DNA from: Octopus sinensis | Taxonomy: Eukaryota | DNA: 64,000 bases | Direction of reading: 5' to 3' | Assembly: GCF_006345805.1 (NCBI RefSeq) | Contig: NC_043013.1 | Coordinates: 27,900,001-27,964,000, forward strand | Shown here: positions 51,638-63,530 of the stretch, in pieces | How positions within the stretch are numbered: the stretch's first letter is position 1 | Layout of the letters: each line of letters starts with the position of its first letter | The notes under the pieces: model-generated | Told to the model about the DNA's origin: nothing | Seen by the model: only the letters and a program-made list of their open reading frames with translations | The model's database searches: none | Program-made: the position numbers and the translations under genes

Positions 51638-52344
51638 ATTAACATTATCGAGTTTTGCAAATATTTATCATTTTTGACTAGTTTTACTACTGTCCACAAC
51701 TCATTCCAAAGTATCTATTTTCATCTGGTTTTCTTCACTTTAATCTGGATATAATAATGTCCATGTCTACATCAAGTTTTTGGTAACATCAAACCATCAA
51801 CTGGTTTTACTTTCCATCTATTTTACAGTTTTGTAATTTATACTTTTCTGAAACAGTATTCAACAAAGAGTTAGTCAAAGGAATTTAGTGGCGTTTCTTG
51901 AAGACATGTGACAAAGAAAGCCTGATGTTGGCAGTGCAGTGAATGTCTAGTAAGAAGGTATCAAAGTAGCAGGGTCAGTTGTAAATATTGGGGGTTTGAC
52001 AAACAGGAATTCAGCAATGACACATTCCAAACATTTGTTGGTGTCGACAGACAATTGTCGCTCTGACACTGCTTTCTGTCTGACATCAAACTCTTAAAAC
52101 TAGTTGAGTCGTTTTACTTATGTTAACCACTCTATGCTGTCAAAGTTTGTATAATTCCTGTGTACCATGTTTCATTAGAAGAAGGTTAATGACTACTTTG
52201 ACAAAATACTGTGATTTGGAGGGGGGGGGGCTATTAGGTGAGGAGATTCAAAGAGAAGGTATATGATGGAGGTGAGGCTGAAGGAAAACAAGTTCAAAGG
52301 TATTGAGTTAAGGATGTATTATTATTGATAATAATAATAATTAA

Positions 52345-52590
52345 AGCCCTTTCCCAAGTCATATAGACTTGAAAGACTGGTTTCCCATTTTCTGTGGTGT
52401 ATATATTACCTCCTGGATGGGATGACAGTCCATTGCAGGATTACTCATTTTTGCTAGCAGCGTGGACTGAAGCAACATGAAATGAAGTGTTTTACTCAAT
52501 AATACAATGCACTGCCCGACCTAAGAATCGAAACCACTATCTTACAATCATGAGTCCAACACCATAACCACTTGGCTAAAAGCCTCCACA
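52345..52590 (-). mobile_element. SINE family E2
   Basis: GGGATGACAGTCCATTGCAGG..GAAATGAAGTG..GAATCGAAACC..TAACCACTTGGC. Confidence 0.82.
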
Positions 52591-52919
52591 AAGATGTAAA
52601 ATACATAGAATATATACGTAGATAGCAGATAGAAAGGTATGATACAGGAATGTAAAATATTGATGGTAGGTAAAAAGGGGGAATGAAGGGGGGAAAGTTT
52701 AAAGGTGAGTGAAATGGTTTTTATTACAGGAAATCAAGGGTTTTGATCAAAGGTTCCCTGACTTTCTTTTTATTTGCTGTGTATTTCTGAATAAATAAAA
52801 ATATTTTGGCACCCTTTGTGTCCTCCTTTAACTGACTTCAATGTTGTCTACTTAACAAAAAGAAAAGATGTATATATTTTAGCTTGGAAATATAATTTAT
52901 TCCACAGAAGACTATTAAG

Positions 52920-53218
52920 TTTTTGTGCCACATAAAAAGTACCTGTGTCAGTGTCATGTAAAATACATGTGTGCTGGTGTCAGAGAAAAAGCACCCAGCA
53001 CCTAGTACACTCTGTAATGTGGTTGGCATTAGAAAGGGCATCAAGTCATAGAAACTATGCCAAAACAGACAAGTGGAGTCTGGTATGGCTCTCTGGCTTG
53101 CCAGCTCCTGGTAAACTGTCCAACCCATGCCAGCATGGAAAACAAATGATGAGGATGATGATAATGATGATGATGACAATGACGACATCGATGATGATGA
53201 TGATGATGATGACAACGA
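52920..53218 (+). mobile_element. SINE family B with long (GAT)n tail
   Basis: GTGGTTGGCATTAGAAAGGGCATC..CCAACCCATGCCAGCATGGAAAA. Confidence 0.88.
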
Positions 53219-53499
53219 TTCTTTATTTAGATCATCTGAGAATGTTATTTGCAGTCTCTGTAGGTTGCTTGTACTCATCTTATGTTTAGAATTTTGGTTT
53301 GTAGTGTTTGCATTTTTAAAAGAAAAATAATTGATTTTCATAGCACACCTAGTTACACCTTGGCACACCAGTGTGCCATAACAGGTCATTCAAAAACCAT
53401 TGATACAGAGTAACAATTGATGGCAATTAAAACCAATCACAGTCTGTCTTAAGCTTAGAAGTTCAGTAAGCTGCACCTTAAGCAGCTGAGAGGACAAGG

Positions 53500-53690
53500 C
53501 TCTTTCTTGGATGGGATGCCAGTCCACTACAAGGTTGAGCTCCCCACCCCCATATTGCTGGTACTCACTTCAGCAGAGTAAACTGGTGTTGCATGAAATA
53601 AAGTGCCTTGTTCAAGGATATAATGTGTTGACTGGTCTGGGGACCAAATCCATGACATTATGATTGAGAGCTCAATACCTTAACCGTTAT
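53500..53690 (-). mobile_element. Decayed SINE family E2
   Basis: GGATGGGATGCCAGTCCA..GAAATAAAGTGCCTTGTTCAAGG. Confidence 0.7.
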
Positions 53691-54397
53691 TCTATAAGCC
53701 TTGATGACTCATAAAGGTATATATCAAGATGTGAAGCATAATGGCTTTGAGTCTTTTAAGCCAGAATCTGATCTTGTATTTGAGAAGTGTCTGATCTTGT
53801 ATTTGAGAATTTCCCTCAACACCACAAGCTTCCACTCACCAAGCAATTGACAAAAGTGCCCAAATCATATGAGAATGTGATTTCAAGTCTATGTAGGTTG
53901 CAGATAAATTTATCTTTCATTGCGTTAATACCAGAAGGAAATGGAACAAAAATAGCCCTGAAGAATAGGGAAGCAACGACTACTAAAAGAATCTTTTGGG
54001 AAGATTAAAAGACAGTTGCTTGATTTATTTTATGTATCAAAGCTTTAAAATACTAACAGCAAGTTAAAAGGGATGAGTTAGAAAGTATCAAGTGCAAAAT
54101 ATAAATAAATTGTTCAGAAATGTTGTTGTTATTGTAGTTACAAAATTGCTCAAAAACAACATGTACAACAACATGTGTAATATTGCCTCTGTGTAATAAA
54201 ATATGTGAGGCCATGTTTCCTTTCATATAAGTATGCACAAGACTCAATATTTACAAGGGAAAGCAAAGGAAATTGTGTGAATTTGATACTTCTCCACAAA
54301 AGTAAGACTGCTGCACAATCTCATCATAACATTACTTGCTGTTATAGTTTTTTTTTTTTTGCAGCTTTACATCTAAACTTTTATGCTCTGCTCTACA

Positions 54398-54621
54398 TTA
54401 ACCTTTTGTTCCCCTATTTCTGTTGAAATTCATTGCCTTTGTTTCACATAATTCTGAAAATAACGAAGAATTTAGTAAAATAACTTTGTCATGGTTTTAA
54501 GTTGGTGTTATGAATATAAATTAGCATGAAATTTTGATGAAAAGTTTCAATTTAGATTACTCTGAAACAGGAAATTTATATCATGGTTCAAGTGTGGTTT
54601 CAGGTGGTATCAAAGGATTGA
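54398..54621 (-). mobile_element. piggyBac-like MITE family F2
   Basis: TTAA-CCTTTTGTT..TTAGTAAAATAACTT..GTGGTATCAAAGG; reverse complement of the 35960 copy. Confidence 0.72.
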
Positions 54622-54754
54622 AATAGGCAATCTGTGGATTCTGTAGATTTTTAGATAAAAATAAAATGAAAAGAAAATACCAGTGGAAATGATTTTATAC
54701 CACATGTGCATGTGTGTGTCAGTGTGCTTCTGTGTGTGTGTATGTGCTTTCTTT

Positions 54755-54933
54755 TAGGTGCAGGTGTGGCTTTGTGGTAAGAAGCTAGTTTTCCAACCAC
54801 ATTGTTCTGAGTTAGTTCAGTCCCACCACATGGCATCTTGAGCAAAAGTTTTCTACTATAGTCTCAGGTTGACCAAAGCCTTGTGAGAGGATTTGGTAGA
54901 TGGAAACTGAACAAAGCTTGTTGCATATATATA

Positions 54934-54970
<37 letters not shown>

Positions 54971-55146
54971 ATATCAATATGTGTGTATCTTGTGTCTGTC
55001 CCTTCAACATTGCTTGACAACCAGTAGATAAAGTACTAAGCTTCAGAAAAAAAAAGTCCTGGGGTCAATTTGCTCCACAAAAACCCTTGAAGACACTGCC
55101 CCAGCATGGCCACATTCAAATGACTGAAACAAGTAAAAGATAAAAG

Positions 55147-55148
<2 letters not shown>
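54755..55148 (+). mobile_element. SINE family A
   Basis: Head, (TG)n, GCCCCAGCATGGCCACA..GACTGAAACAAGTAAAAG. Confidence 0.9.
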
Positions 55149-55177
<29 letters not shown>

Positions 55178-55692
55178 AAAGGGCGGAGGAACTCTTGAGA
55201 GTCAACAGCCATCCAATAAATGTCTTAAGGCTGTATCATGCACAGGGACATAGAAATAATTGGACTGAATACCCGATTATGCGGTTAAACCATTGGGATT
55301 GAAGGATTCCTAGCCTTTGTTAGGGCATCCTTCTAGGAGAAGGTAACTCAGGTAACTGGGATAACTCCAACATCAAACCTGCGGCTCAGTGGTTACCGAT
55401 GATGTTGACTTGTTCTTCTTTTCGGATTATGGCTGCTGTTGCTTAGTGAGTGGGATTGACTCAGTGCACAGCCTTTCCTCACTTTAAAAAAAATCTTCTT
55501 GCACAGGCATTGCATGATAACAACATTGATAAAGCTTCGTGCAATGGCCATACTCGATAACGAGGGGGCAGCCACCATGCATGCATGCATGCATGCATGC
55601 ATGCATGCATGCATGTATGTATGTATGTATGTATGTATGTATGTATGTATGTATGTATGTATGTATGTATGTATGTACGTATGTATGTATGT
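55178..55692 (+). mobile_element. Probable RTE-associated non-autonomous retroelement with (CATG)n(TATG)n tail
   Basis: GC-richer ~400-bp block flanked by (TATG)n; AGGGCATCCTTCTAGGAGAAGGTAACTC resembles RTE 5' UTR motif; single copy in window. Confidence 0.5.
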
Positions 55693-56033
55693 ACACACTC
55701 ACACACAGGGATAATCTCCCTTCTTCCCAAGATGCAAGTAACATTCACGGCAGATCTGTTGTTGATTCTTCATAGCCAGTGAAACTGAGGTGCATAGAAT
55801 TTAGAGCATGGCTTCAATATGCAATAAAACTCCTGCAATGGATTTGAACTCGAGAGCCATGAGTCAGTACATTAATGCCATGTCCATGCAACTATTCCAC
55901 ATGCTAACAGCATACAAGCATACCCTGACACAAACATGCAAACACACAAATATGTGTGTTTCTATGTTTGGACATGCATGTGTTTGTATGAATAAGTATT
56001 AGCCAGCAAAGCTTTGACTTCACTGGCAATAAA

Positions 56034-56062
56034 ATTATTATTATTATTATTATTATTAGTAT

Positions 56063-56103
<41 letters not shown>

Positions 56104-56139
56104 TTAATATTATTATTTTATTTGATATATGTATGTGTG

Positions 56140-56227
<88 letters not shown>

Positions 56228-56460
56228 TATATAAATATTTATAAGTATTTATATGTAATATAAATATACATATATTTACTTGTATATGTATATATATATA
56301 TATGTGTGTGGTGTGTTGTGTGTGTGTGTGTGTGTGCATATATTTATATATGTATATGTATGCATATATATGATTATATAGATATGTGATTATATACACG
56401 TATGTATATACATATGTGTTTATGATTATATACATGTGTATATGTATGTGTGTGTGTAGG
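56034..56460. repeat. (TTA)n(TAG)n + (TA)n compound microsatellite
   Basis: Direct reading. Confidence 0.95.
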
Positions 56461-57010
56461 ATAGAAAACGGACATTACAAGATCATGATGATACACACGC
56501 ACACACAGAGGGAGGGAAGGAAGGAGAGAGAGAGGAAGAGAGAGAGAGAGAGAGAGGGAGTTGGTGAGAGCAACATATGCACACATGCATGTATGCTTTG
56601 CAAAAATAAAAGAACATAAAATGGGAAAAATTAATAACCTGAAAATCTGGAAATATTAACCAAATTCTAAACTGTCAAAGATTATGGGGGGAAAAAATAT
56701 ATGTTCTGTTCTTCAAGAAACAGCTTCATAAAATACTCATGTTTCAGATATAATTTCGTTGTAATAAAAATAATATACTTTCGGAATTCTTTTTTTTTTT
56801 TTCTTTAAGAGTATGTTACTTATATCTAAGTGTGCTTTTCTTTATGTATTTTAAAATATTTCTTTTTTTCTTTCTTTCATCCAGTTTTACAAGGAAAGGG
56901 TCGCAATGTGCTGAGGTAAAATATATCAAACACAGGGGAGTCCTCACCCCTCTTCTCTGTGTTTAAAAACGAGTTTGTTTTCCATATATGTGTGTCTGTG
57001 TGTAAATGTA

Positions 57011-57065
<55 letters not shown>

Positions 57066-57710
57066 GTGATTATCATCACCAGTTAACATTTGCTTTCCAT
57101 GCCATATAGAAATATATACAAAAACATATATATCGTTTATCTTTCACATGCTTCAGCCAGTAAGCTGTGGCTATGCTAGTGCACTGCTGTTCGAGTTGCT
57201 GCACTTTATATTTGTTGCTTGGTGAATGAGAGAGTTTGAAATTGCTGCCTTCATATGTTTCTATTGTCATGAAGCAGGTTCATCTCATATTCTAGGTCAA
57301 GTTGCATTCTGAAGACATCTGCATTCACACAATGTAGATCCCTTAAGTCTCTCAGTATACACTGAAAAGCTATAGGTGTTTGAAGCCTGTAATATTACAG
57401 TATCTGGTCCTAAATGTGGATTGCAAAGATGAGATATTTGACACTATTCAGTGGCATCATGTTTTGGGATTAGCATAGCTTTCAATGGCAGAATTTGGTG
57501 CAAGTCCTTCCTGGATTTTCCAGATATATATGAATGCATGTCTTTCCTGTTTTCACTCTAGGGAGTCAAGTCTTAGCTCTTCTAATTTTTCCCAGTAGCT
57601 GATCTGATGCATTGAAGCAATCTTCTTCATATAACAATGATGGATACTTCAAGTTCCATCATCAATTTTGCACTATGTGATTGACCACAATCGAAAGCAA
57701 TACTCTGGAT

Positions 57711-58401
57711 CAGTGGTTCCCAAAGTGGGTAGTATTTCCTCCCTCCTGGGGGGGCGGTGGAAAGTCCCAAGGGGGTGTTGAAGAAAAGTGGGGCAATAAT
57801 GGGGTGGTAATTCGTGTAAAAAGTCGGGCAATAATGGGGTAGCGATTTATGCAAAAAGTGGGGCAAAAATGGGGTAGCGATTTATGCAAAAAGTGGGGTG
57901 AGAATGGAGTAGCGATTTATGCAAAAAGTGGAGCAATAATGGGGTAGCGATTTAAGCAAAAAGTGGGGCAATAACGGGGTAGCGATTTATGCAAAAAGTG
58001 AGGCAATAATGGGGTAGAGATTTATGCAAAAAGTGGGGCAATAATGGGGTAGCGATTTATGCAAAAAGTGGGGCAATAACGGGGTAGCGATTTATGCAAA
58101 AAGTGAGGCAATAATGGGGTAGAGATTTATGCAAAAAGTGGGGCAATAATGGGGTAGCGATTTATGCAAAAAGTGGGGCAAATATGGGGTACTAATTTAT
58201 GCAAAAAGTGGGCTGAGAATGGGGTAGCGATTCATGCAAAATCAACAAAATAATGGGTTCGTTAAGTTAAGTTTTATTTGTGAAATACAGTTGCTTTGAA
58301 TGTGCTTCAGGAAGAGGTCTATGTTTGTGATGGTTAGTTGGGGTGGGGGCATTAAGAATGTGTCAAGGGGGCAGCAGTCTGAAAATAATTGGGAACCACT
58401 G
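57711..58401. mobile_element. hAT-like MITE carrying an internal minisatellite
   Basis: Perfect 13-bp TIR CAGTGGTTCCCAA / TTGGGAACCACTG; 8-bp flanks CTCTGGAT / CTCCAGAG; interrupts LINE at LEYC motif. Confidence 0.92.
57784..58241. repeat. 35-bp minisatellite x~13 (GGGGTAGCGATTTATGCAAAAAGTGGGGCAATAAT)
   Basis: Unit starts at 57801, 57836, 57871 ... 58221 (period 35). Confidence 0.98.
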
Positions 58402-58632
58402 CTCCAGAGGGCTGAGGAGAAAATGATGGTCCTCCTGAGGACCATCATAGTTTCCTGCACTCTTAGTCTAAAAGTTCTTAGCCCCATCTGGTTAGACATA
58501 TACATTTCATAATGATCTTAGTAACTTGTAAATGAAAAGATGCTTCATGTCCTATGTTAATGCTCAGGTTACATACTGCACTCCTATTCTAGTGCATGTG
58601 TGTGTGGTCCTCCTTTATTTATCCTTCAAGGT

Positions 58633-58857
58633 TTAACCCTTTAGCATTTAAACTGGCCATATCCGGCCCAAATATTCTCCCTGTTCTGTGTTCACACTAA
58701 CCAGATCTGGCCTCTCACATGTACCCTACAATGTCATTCACAAAATAAACAATCACATCATTGAAATATTGAAGCTATGAGATAATCCATGGTTAATTCA
58801 AGACAACGTGAATAAATAAGCATTACATTAAAGTAATCTGAACACTAACGGTTTTAA
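58633..58857 (+). mobile_element. piggyBac-like MITE family F1, uninterrupted
   Basis: TTAA-CCCTTTAGCATTTAAACTGGCCATATCC...AATCTGAACACTAACGGTT-TTAA. Confidence 0.87.
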
Positions 58858-59464
58858 TGTAATAAAAAGAGGTTACAGAAGGAAATTAACAGATGGTATG
58901 GCCAGCAGTATAGGCAACAGACATAATAAAAAAATTCTTCAAAATTGCATCAGTGCTAATAACGATAAATTATTTATTAAATGATTATAAGACATCTCTC
59001 ATCTGTGTAGGAGGATTGTGGTCTTTCACAGACGTTCTTTATGGGAGGGTTCCAGTTCAGCATAACAAGCTTACAAAACACTTGTTAATTAGCTGGTACT
59101 CCCACTGCGTGCAGTATCTAACTGGACTACACAATATTGCCTAATTACAGCTAATTACACTGGGTTATTGTGAGTTATAGATTTGTTTAGCCAGGGTGAT
59201 AACATAGTGATAATAGCAGGATATAAGCTTATTCCTCTCTTTAGTATACAAGCTATTATCCTATATTGGCCTAGAAAGTGTAGTAGATATCAAAATAGCC
59301 CCAGAACATACCTTTCAGTTCTTTTGCCAACAGTGAAAGGATAAAATGCAAAACTGATTTTAATAGTCAAAACTCATGATATTGAAGTTTAAAACTTAAT
59401 ACTATGACAGCATTTAATCATTTCATCCACTCCACTCTATAGAGCCTATATAACTGGTTTCATA

Positions 59465-59700
59465 TTTTTGTATGAGGCCAGTAATTTTGGGAGAAGGAGT
59501 AAGTTGATTACATTGACCCCAGAAGTCAACTGGTACTTACTTTATCAACCACAAAAGAATGAAAGACAGTGCCAAGATCTGGTGATGTCAACCTTCTCTT
59601 TCATCATTTCAAGGTCAATAAAGTACCAGTTCTGTACTGGGGATGGGGGTTGATTGATTGAGTCTTCCTTTCTTTTTCTCTCTCTCCCTCTCAAACTGAA
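59465..59700. mobile_element. Two family-D fragments head-to-head (inverted)
   Basis: AACTGGTACTT..ATGAAAG (minus) then CTTTCATC..AAGTACCAGTT (plus). Confidence 0.7.
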
Positions 59701-59704
59701 AAGG

Positions 59705-60228
59705 CCACACAAGGTCCAGTTTTTCTTATCGCATGGTGTCTTACATATTTCACTGACCCTGAGAGATATGCTGACGGAGACCAAGCTCCTTGTATCCTCA
59801 TACTGGACAAATCAAAAGGTAGAGGTAAAAATGGGTTTGTGTAGGGCCAACAGCTCTATCTAGAAAAAAAAAAAGCAGAGTTACAGAAGCACCAATAGTA
59901 ATTTAAAACCGACAAGACATGGGAGTGGAAGGCATTCCCTCAGGGAAACATGATGTGGTGCAGCAAAATCGCCCCCACCACCACCACCACCACTGAAAAA
60001 ACCCAACATTCTGCATTACACATTAGGTCCTAACCTGGAACCCACAAGGGAGCTGGAAGAGAGGATGCCCTAAAAATAGTTGGGGGTGGGATACTAAGTC
60101 AGAGCTATAAAAAAAAATGCAGGGATCCTACTGGAGAGAAGCAGAAAAGATACCCCAAAGTTGAGAACAACAGAAAAAAGTCGTTGATGATCTATGTTCT
60201 ACAGGGAGCAAAGGGCGTAACTAACTAA
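59705..60228 (+). mobile_element. Bipartite non-autonomous RTE derivative, longer copy
   Basis: 5' part collinear with 51255; 3' part translates WEW.GHSLRE..VLTWNPQGSWKRGCPKNSW..VVDDLCSTGS (RTE ORF C-terminus); (TAAC)n tail. Confidence 0.8.
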
Positions 60229-60854
60229 ACAAAAATGTAAAAGATAGGATCTGCTAAAAGAAATACCCAAGACACATCATGATATATATCATGATGGTGC
60301 TCCTAAGACACCATTAAAGGGTTGAGAACCCAAGGTGAGGACATAACTAATGAGTTTCTTTTTGCTTTTTAATCTTGCGGTTGTGAATTTGAGTCTCCCT
60401 ATTTTTTTTTTTTTTATTTTATCTAGTTTCAGCTCACGAGCTGTGGCCATGCTGGGGCACTGCCAGTGAAGAAATTTATGGACGTCCTCTTTAATGCTAC
60501 ATTAATCTTTTCTGAATTATCAGTTTTTATAAATGGCTTTCTATGGCATTTAATTGGTGAAAGGTAAATCTCCATATAGCATTTAATACAAGAAGGAAAA
60601 ATTGAACTTACTACTGAAAGTCAATGAAACACACAGCAATTCCATAGTACTGTCACTGTCTACAGTAGTAGTGATTGGAAGTACTAATTTCTGCAATACC
60701 ATTTACTTAAGAACTGGGTAACCATAGTCACTGAGAGCATTTAAACCCATGGTTTTCAACCATCTTTTACCTATGGACCCCTCTGATTACTATTTTATTC
60801 TGGTGGACCCCCATAGCTGTTCAATGTTTAAAAACTAATTTTATAGGTACTGAC

Positions 60855-61042
60855 TGGCCCTCATGCCGGTGTCACATAAAAGCACCCACTACACTCTTAG
60901 AGTGGTTGGTGTTAGGAAGAGCATCCAGCTGTAGGAACGTCACCAGATCAGATTGAGCCTGGAGCAGCCTCTGGCTCACTAGTCCTCAGTCAAACCGTCC
61001 AACGCTTGCTAGCATGGAAAGCAGACATTAAACGATAAATGA
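60855..61042 (+). mobile_element. SINE family B
   Basis: AAAAGCACCCACTACACTC..AGGAAGAGCATCCAGCTGTAG..GCATGGAAAGCAGAC. Confidence 0.9.
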
Positions 61043-61164
61043 TTCTTTCAGAATGCCTATTTTGTATTTTACTCTTTTCTAGGAGATGTTTCAGAGACTG
61101 GAAACATGTTGAACTATGTAAAACATTAGAAGGAAGAAACCAAGCTGTTTCTTGCAATAAATAT

Positions 61165-61545
61165 ATCTTTGATCTTTTACCCGTTTCAGTCATTTGACTG
61201 TGGCCATGCTGGGGCACTGCCTTGAAGAGTTTTAGTCGAACAAATCGACCCCAGGATTTATTTTCCTTTTTAAACCTAGTACTTTTGCTGAACTGCTAAG
61301 TAATGGGGGACATAAACACACAAACATCGGTTGTCAAGCATTGTGGGGAGACAAACACAGACTCAAAGCCATACACACATACAACAGGCTTCTTTCAGTT
61401 TCCGTCAATCAAATCCACTCACAAGGCTTTGGTTGGCCTGAGGCTATAGTTAAAGACATTTGGCCAAGGTGCTAAGCAGTGGGACTGAACCTGGAACCAT
61501 GTGGTTGGGAAGCAAACTTCTTACCACACAGCCATGCCTGTGCAT
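61165..61545 (-). mobile_element. SINE family A, full length
   Basis: GTTTCAGTCATTTGACTGTGGCCATGCTGG..GGGACTGAACCTGGAACCATGTGG..ACCACACAGCCA. Confidence 0.93.
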
Positions 61546-61729
61546 ATCTAGAGCAAAATTTTTTCATGCACCCTTTAAATAAAACTGTGGATCTCCAATT
61601 TAATACTTTGCTCACATGGACTACCAAGGGTTATATGGACCCCAACGGTTATGTGGACTGCCAGGGGTTATGTGGATCCTGGTTGAGAACCACTGATCAA
61701 CACAAACTTCTACTATTAACACTGAAGAA

Positions 61730-61910
61730 GACATCCAACCATCCAGTGGTTATCAAGCACACCAACCTGAAACCAACGAGGGAAAAGAATACACCGAATA
61801 ATGTTGTCCCGGATAAACTAAGTCTGTAAATAAAAACAAGACAGGATGGTCACAGCTGGAATGCTTTTAATTATATACTTGCTTGATCAAGACTATCCTG
61901 GGACAACGCA
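61730..61910 (+). mobile_element. Repeat family G fragment
   Basis: GACAGGATGGTCACAGCTGGAATGC..GCTTGATCAAG..CCTGGG collinear with 25940-26010. Confidence 0.6.
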
Positions 61911-62589
61911 AGAGGCACAGCAATGAAAACAATCCCTCAATCACAAGTACTTTCTCACTGTCAAGTGAATTATTTCTCAGAAGAATTTTTCCTGATTTTT
62001 ATCAGTTTCATCAACAGGGTCACAAGATCTTATCTTTGGCTTAACAACTGACTTAGCATATGAAGCAATTTTCAGGGGTTGGAAAGAAAAAATGTTGCTT
62101 TTAAAAAAAAAATGTTCACACACACACACATCTATATACATTCAAGAATATGTTTTCTTTTGTTCTGTCTGTCTGTCTGTCTGTCTCTCTCGTTTAAAAA
62201 TTTTTTTTCCTTAGGATTTCATTCCAGACATTTTTATTCATTTCGGCTGTGAAATGCCGCTACTTGTGTTGTAATGAAATAAGTCTGTACAAAAGATGGA
62301 TTGTTAGTAATATAATAAGAGAATATAATTTCCTAAGCCTAATAATTCATTGCAGCTTTTATCAAATAGCTTTCTGATAAATCATTTGAGTAATTGATAA
62401 CTAGGTGTGCCTATGTCAGTTGATTTATTACAAACCACACTGTCTTTTAATATCCTAAAATAGCCAAACAACAAAACTGTAAATGTGATGTTAAATCTAA
62501 TTTTAAGTTTAACCATAAACTATAAACTCTGCCTACTATAAAAGGTTGCGGAATATTCAATGTCAAGAAAGCACAGATTTCAAAAAATT

Positions 62590-62734
62590 ATGTGTATGTT
62601 AATATAAATACATACATATACCTATATAAATATATATATGCGTGTGTGTGTGTGTGTGTGTATATATGCATATATGTATGTGTATATATATATATACACA
62701 CACACATAGGTGTGTGTGTGTGTGAGTATATATA

Positions 62735-62803
<69 letters not shown>

Positions 62804-63238
62804 ATATTTGTGTGTGCATGTTATATATATGTAAATGGCTTAGGTTCTTTGTATATTTCAAATCTCTTGTCTCAATTTAAACAACAATTGGAAGTAAAAA
62901 GGAAACAAAATGAAATATTTCTGTGATTAGAGAAGAAAACTTCATTTGCCTCCAACATACACTCCGTGTGTGTGTGTGTGTGCGTGTGTGAGGGGAAGTA
63001 GCAACAACACAAATACTAAAACAAGAAAAATATTTCCAATGTAGACTTTTAAATGATTTACTAGTTACAGCGGCATAAAGAAAAACACACTAACATACCC
63101 GCATGCATGCATACACATGCACACACAAAATTAAAATGGAAGATAAAGTCATTGCAAGCATGATGGATGATTTATATAGGTTTAAAAGAAACACATATAT
63201 ACATACATGTGTTAGAGTATGTGTGCATATATATATAT

Positions 63239-63306
<68 letters not shown>

Positions 63307-63315
63307 TTGTGTGTG

Positions 63316-63362
<47 letters not shown>

Positions 63363-63429
63363 TATAATATATATATCTATATCTATCTATCTATCTATAT
63401 ATATATATCTAACTATCAATCTATTTATC

Positions 63430-63461
<32 letters not shown>

Positions 63462-63530
63462 TATATATATATATATATATGATGTATGTGTGTGTACGTA
63501 TATATGTATGTATGTATGTATGTATGTACA
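62590..63530. repeat. Compound TA/TG/TCTA microsatellite blocks (62590-62830, 63225-63530)
   Basis: Direct reading. Confidence 0.93.

Larger units (their letters stand above)
57190..58590 (-). mobile_element. CR1-type LINE RT C-terminal region, decayed, split by hAT MITE
   Basis: Minus strand ..GLRTFRLRVQETMMVL.. [insertion] EYC..HSAKLMMELE..KKIASMHQISYWEKLEELRLDSLE*KQERHAFIYIWKIQEGLAPN (cf. CR1 LEYC..SYWERL..L.LYSLERRRERY.IIY.WKI..GL.PN). Confidence 0.85.
60747..61695. mobile_element. hAT-like MITE expanded by two nested SINEs
   Basis: CCATGGTTTTCAACC / GGTTGAGAACCACTG (12/15 TIR match); subterminal TGGACCCC repeats at both ends; flanks ATTTAAAC / ATCAACAC. Confidence 0.7.

Noticed and set aside
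52838-53389. 183-aa ORF with poly-Ser
   Set aside because: Antisense of a family-B SINE and its (GAT)n tail
57784-58241. CRISPR-like 35-bp repeats
   Set aside because: Head-to-tail with no unique spacers, inside a MITE, eukaryotic context, no cas genes
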